A DNA stretch of 64,000 bases from Dehalococcoidia bacterium. GTDB taxonomy: Bacteria; Chloroflexota; Dehalococcoidia; Bin125. Positions 60,910 to 64,000 of the stretch are shown here, one piece after another. The stretch covers positions 1,728,001-1,792,000 of the forward strand of contig OY820591.1 in assembly GCA_963555985.3 (NCBI GenBank). Reading direction: 5' to 3'. Both the position numbers and the translations under genes were made by a program. Position 1 is the first letter of the stretch. Each line of letters begins with the position of its first letter. The notes beneath the pieces were generated by a model, which saw only the letters and a list, made by a program, of their open reading frames with translations, did no database searches and was not told where the DNA came from.

Positions 60910-61294
60910 TTAAAACGTAATCGCCGCCCACAGCGCCAACACCAACGTCACCGCAGTTACCGTCGTAATCGCAACCCACTTCAGGTCGCCCCGCACATAG
61001 TGAAAATCATGCATCGCCGCCGCCGCCCGCGCCCGCCGATCCTGACGCTCCGCCCCCGTCGGACTCGAACGCCTGCCCTGGGCCGGCGTGCCCGCAAGCT
61101 CCGGGCGTCCCCGCACCTGCACATTGCCCCGCATCGAAGCATTCGCAGGCGCATTCGCCGCTCCGGGCTGCGCCGTTGGCAAACGGTCGGCCTGTGCGCG
61201 CCTGCCGCGCTGTCGCCGCGCCGCCTGCTGAGGCCGGTTCGCCCCGCCCCGTCCGCGTCGTGATCCTCGTGCCATCTGTCGCCTCCGTCACCAT
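60910..61294 (-). CDS. Small Arg-rich protein with C-terminal TM helix
   Basis: ORF 60910-61275 ends YVRGDLKWVAITTVTAVTLVLALWAAITF; start uncertain. Confidence 0.55.
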
Positions 61295-61369
61295 CCTATC
61301 CGCGCACGACCGCCAATGCGAGCGCTCCCCTATTGCCGATCCTCCCCGAGGCGGCTAGGCTGAACGCAC

Positions 61370-61446
61370 GGCCCCGTGGTGTAGCGGCCTAACACGCCAC
61401 CCTGTCAAGGTGGAGACCGGCGGTTCGAATCCGCTCGGGGTCGCCA
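61370..61446 (+). tRNA. tRNA-Asp (GTC)
   Basis: Acceptor stem GGCCCCG/CGGGGTC, anticodon arm CCACC-CTGTCAA-GGTGG, GGTTCGAATCC T arm, encoded CCA. Confidence 0.97.
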
Positions 61447-61468
61447 CCCAACCCTCCCTCGGTTCTCC

Positions 61469-64000
61469 TTACCACGTGTCGATATACGGACGCTTCTTCC
61501 TCGTTCGCTCCGGTGTCGGCGGCAGACGCTTGATCCCGTTCGCGATCCATTCGCGCGTGTCGGCGGGATCAATCACGTCGTCCAGACCGCCGCCCGCAGC
61601 CGCGTTCACAGCTTTCGCGTTGTCATATGCACGCTCCACTCGCCGCTCAAACTCCGCCGTGCGCTCGTCAACATCGTCAATCGCCGCCAACTCCTTGCGA
61701 TACCCCAGCTTCACCGACCCCTCGATGTTCATCCCCGCAAACTCCGCCGTCGGCCACGCCACTGTGAAGAATCCCACCAGCGCGCTCGCCCCGCACATCG
61801 CCTGCACGCCCAGACCATACGCCTTGCGCACCACCACCCCGAACAGCGGCACGCTCAGATTCGCCCCAGTGTTAAACATCCGCGCGCAGTGCCGAACCAG
61901 CGCGGTCGCCTCCACATCCGGCCCCACCATCATCCCCGGACAGTCCATCAAACTCAGCACCGGAATATCGAACGCATCGCACAGCTGGAGGAAACGCGCC
62001 CCCTTATCCGATCCGTCCGAATCAATCGCCCCCGCCAGGTGGTGCGGGTTATTGGCGATCACCCCGATCGGATGCCCCTCCACCCGGATGAACGCCGTGA
62101 TGATCCCAATCCCGAACTTCTCCCGAATCTCCAGCACCGAACCCTCATCGGCAATCGTGTCGATGATCTCGCGCATGTCATACAGCCGCAGCCGATTCTC
62201 CGGCACGATATGCCGCAAACGGCGCTGATCAGGAGCCGACCACTCCTGGATCGGACCCTGGAAATAGCTCAGGTACTTCTTGGCGACCTCGGTTGCCTCC
62301 TCCTCGTCCTTGCAGAGAATGTCCACCACCCCGTTCGGCACCTGGAACGACATCGGTCCCACTTCTTCCGGCGTGTATATCCCCAGACCGCCGCCCTCGA
62401 TCATCGCCGGCCCGCCCATCGCCACCGTCGAACCCTCAGTCGCAATGATCACGTCGCAACACGCCAGCAGCGCCGTATTCCCCGCAAAACAGCGACCGTT
62501 GGTCACCCCGACCAGCGGAACCAGCCCGCTCAGCTTCGAGAACTGCGTGAACGTATACGTGTCGAACGCAACCCCGGGACCCGTGCGGTCGTCCCCGGGC
62601 CGGCCACCGCCGCCCTCCGTGTAGAACACGATCGGGAAGCGGAACCGGTTCGCCATCTCAAACATGCGATCCTGCTTGTAGTGGTTGCGGCCGCCCTGCG
62701 TGCCCGCCAGCACCGTGTAGTCGTAATGCACGACAATCGCCCGCGCATCCCGCTCCTCGAATAGATCCCCATTGATCGTCGCCGTGCCCGCCAGCAATCC
62801 GTCCGCCGGCGTCGCCTCACGCAGACCCTCGTCCGTGTAACGCTGATGCTGCCGCGCCACAATCAGCGGCCAATACTCCTGGAACGAACCCGGATCCACC
62901 AGTTGCTCAATATTCTCGCGCGGCATCCGATAACCCCGAGCCTGCCGCTTGGCGACCGCGATCGGACGATGCTCATCGAGCGTGTAGGCGTGGCGGTCAA
63001 TCAATTCCTGAAGGTCGGGCCGGATGAAGTCGGGATCCAGCGCAACCTCGCCCCCGACCGCCTCAACCGAAACTTCCGCCTCCAGAATGAAGACCAACGG
63101 GAAGCCCTCCCGAATCACATCGCCAACCGCACAGCCGAGCGCGCGCACCACCCCATCCCGATCCGCATGGATCACGTGCTCCATCTTCATCGCCTCCATC
63201 ACCACCAGGTCTTGCCCCTCCAGCACCTCCTGCCCTTCCTCAACCAGAATCGCCACAATCGTCCCCTGAATCGGCGCAGGCAGGCCAATCGACCCGTCCG
63301 GACCGGAGAGGTCCGGAGCATCATCGTCAACAGCCACGCCCGACTGCGCCGCCTTGACCGCCTCGTCGTGCTTGAACAGAGCCAGCGGGTCGCTGCTATC
63401 GACCCGCGCCCCCGCGAAACCCTGATCCCCGGCCGCAGCCTCCGAGCCGATGTAGCGAGCGCGGTGAGTCCCATGATCCGCAGCGAGCGCCGCCATCTGC
63501 TCGTCAACCCAGCGCGTATGCACCCCGCCCTCCGAGAGGTCCGAGTGGCTCAGCACGTTCAGAAGAAACGGAATGTTCGTCGCTACCCCCTCAATCCGAA
63601 ACTCCGACAGCGCCCGCTGCGTGCGCGTCACCGCATCGCCGAAACGCGGCGTCGGCGAATGCGCGATCACCTTGGCCAGCAGCGAATCAAATGAACTGGA
63701 CGTCTGATATCCCACATACCCAAACCCGTCCGTGCGCACGCCCGGACCCGAAGGCGCTTCATACGCCTTGAGCGTCCCCGATGCGGGGCGAACCGCGCCG
63801 TCCGCAGTCAGCGTCTCCATGTTTACGCGAGCCTGAATTGCATACCCCCGTGGCCGCAGCCAATCCGGATCATCCAACCCCAACTCCCCAATCGCCTCTC
63901 CCTGCGCCACGCGAAGCTGCGACTGCACCAAATCAACCCCGGTCACCTGCTCGGTCACGGTGTGCTCGACCTGGAGCCGCGCGTTCGCCTCCAGGAAATA
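61469..64000 (-). CDS. Fused biotin-dependent acyl-CoA carboxylase (BC, BCCP, CT domains); 5' part outside window
   Basis: EANARLQVEHTVTE, biotin site EAMKME, carboxyltransferase motifs GGGRPGD and RKAYGLG. Confidence 0.93.
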   Translation of the reverse strand, partial: YFLEANARLQVEHTVTEQVTGVDLVQSQLRVAQGEAIGELGLDDPDWLRPRGYAIQARVNMETLTADGAVRPASGTLKAYEAPSGPGVRTDGFGYVGYQTSSSFDSLLAKVIAHSPTPRFGDAVTRTQRALSEFRIEGVATNIPFLLNVLSHSDLSEGGVHTRWVDEQMAALAADHGTHRARYIGSEAAAGDQGFAGARVDSSDPLALFKHDEAVKAAQSGVAVDDDAPDLSGPDGSIGLPAPIQGTIVAILVEEGQEVLEGQDLVVMEAMKMEHVIHADRDGVVRALGCAVGDVIREGFPLVFILEAEVSVEAVGGEVALDPDFIRPDLQELIDRHAYTLDEHRPIAVAKRQARGYRMPRENIEQLVDPGSFQEYWPLIVARQHQRYTDEGLREATPADGLLAGTATINGDLFEERDARAIVVHYDYTVLAGTQGGRNHYKQDRMFEMANRFRFPIVFYTEGGGGRPGDDRTGPGVAFDTYTFTQFSKLSGLVPLVGVTNGRCFAGNTALLACCDVIIATEGSTVAMGGPAMIEGGGLGIYTPEEVGPMSFQVPNGVVDILCKDEEEATEVAKKYLSYFQGPIQEWSAPDQRRLRHIVPENRLRLYDMREIIDTIADEGSVLEIREKFGIGIITAFIRVEGHPIGVIANNPHHLAGAIDSDGSDKGARFLQLCDAFDIPVLSLMDCPGMMVGPDVEATALVRHCARMFNTGANLSVPLFGVVVRKAYGLGVQAMCGASALVGFFTVAWPTAEFAGMNIEGSVKLGYRKELAAIDDVDERTAEFERRVERAYDNAKAVNAAAGGGLDDVIDPADTREWIANGIKRLPPTPERTRKKRPYIDTW

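Overview
High-GC bacterial chromosome segment. The protein sequences suggest Chloroflexota/Dehalococcoidia (inference, not tested). Most of it is housekeeping: hflX, dapL/dapF/miaA, tpiA-pgk-rpiB-tsaC, guaA-purD-purB/purC-purS, hisD-hisC...hisB, trmD/rplS, a dcw cluster without murE, yggS-proC-yggT, recA-recX-rny, fabZ and tRNA-Asp, plus CoA transferases and a secreted RCC1-repeat/HExxH protein. The standout is a ~3.5 kb insertion between trmD and rplS. It holds an orphan DNA adenine methyltransferase and an enlarged TnpB/Cas12f-like RuvC nuclease (catalytic D-E-D present) whose stop codon lies inside a 4-repeat CRISPR array (36-bp repeats, 30-bp spacers). No cas1/cas2 or tnpA is present in the window. 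The 3' end of the nuclease gene carries two separate elements complementary to the repeat: an anti-repeat, and a hairpin whose loop can pair with the repeat 3' end. This looks like a TnpB omegaRNA split into tracrRNA plus crRNA, i.e. a candidate nascent compact type V system.
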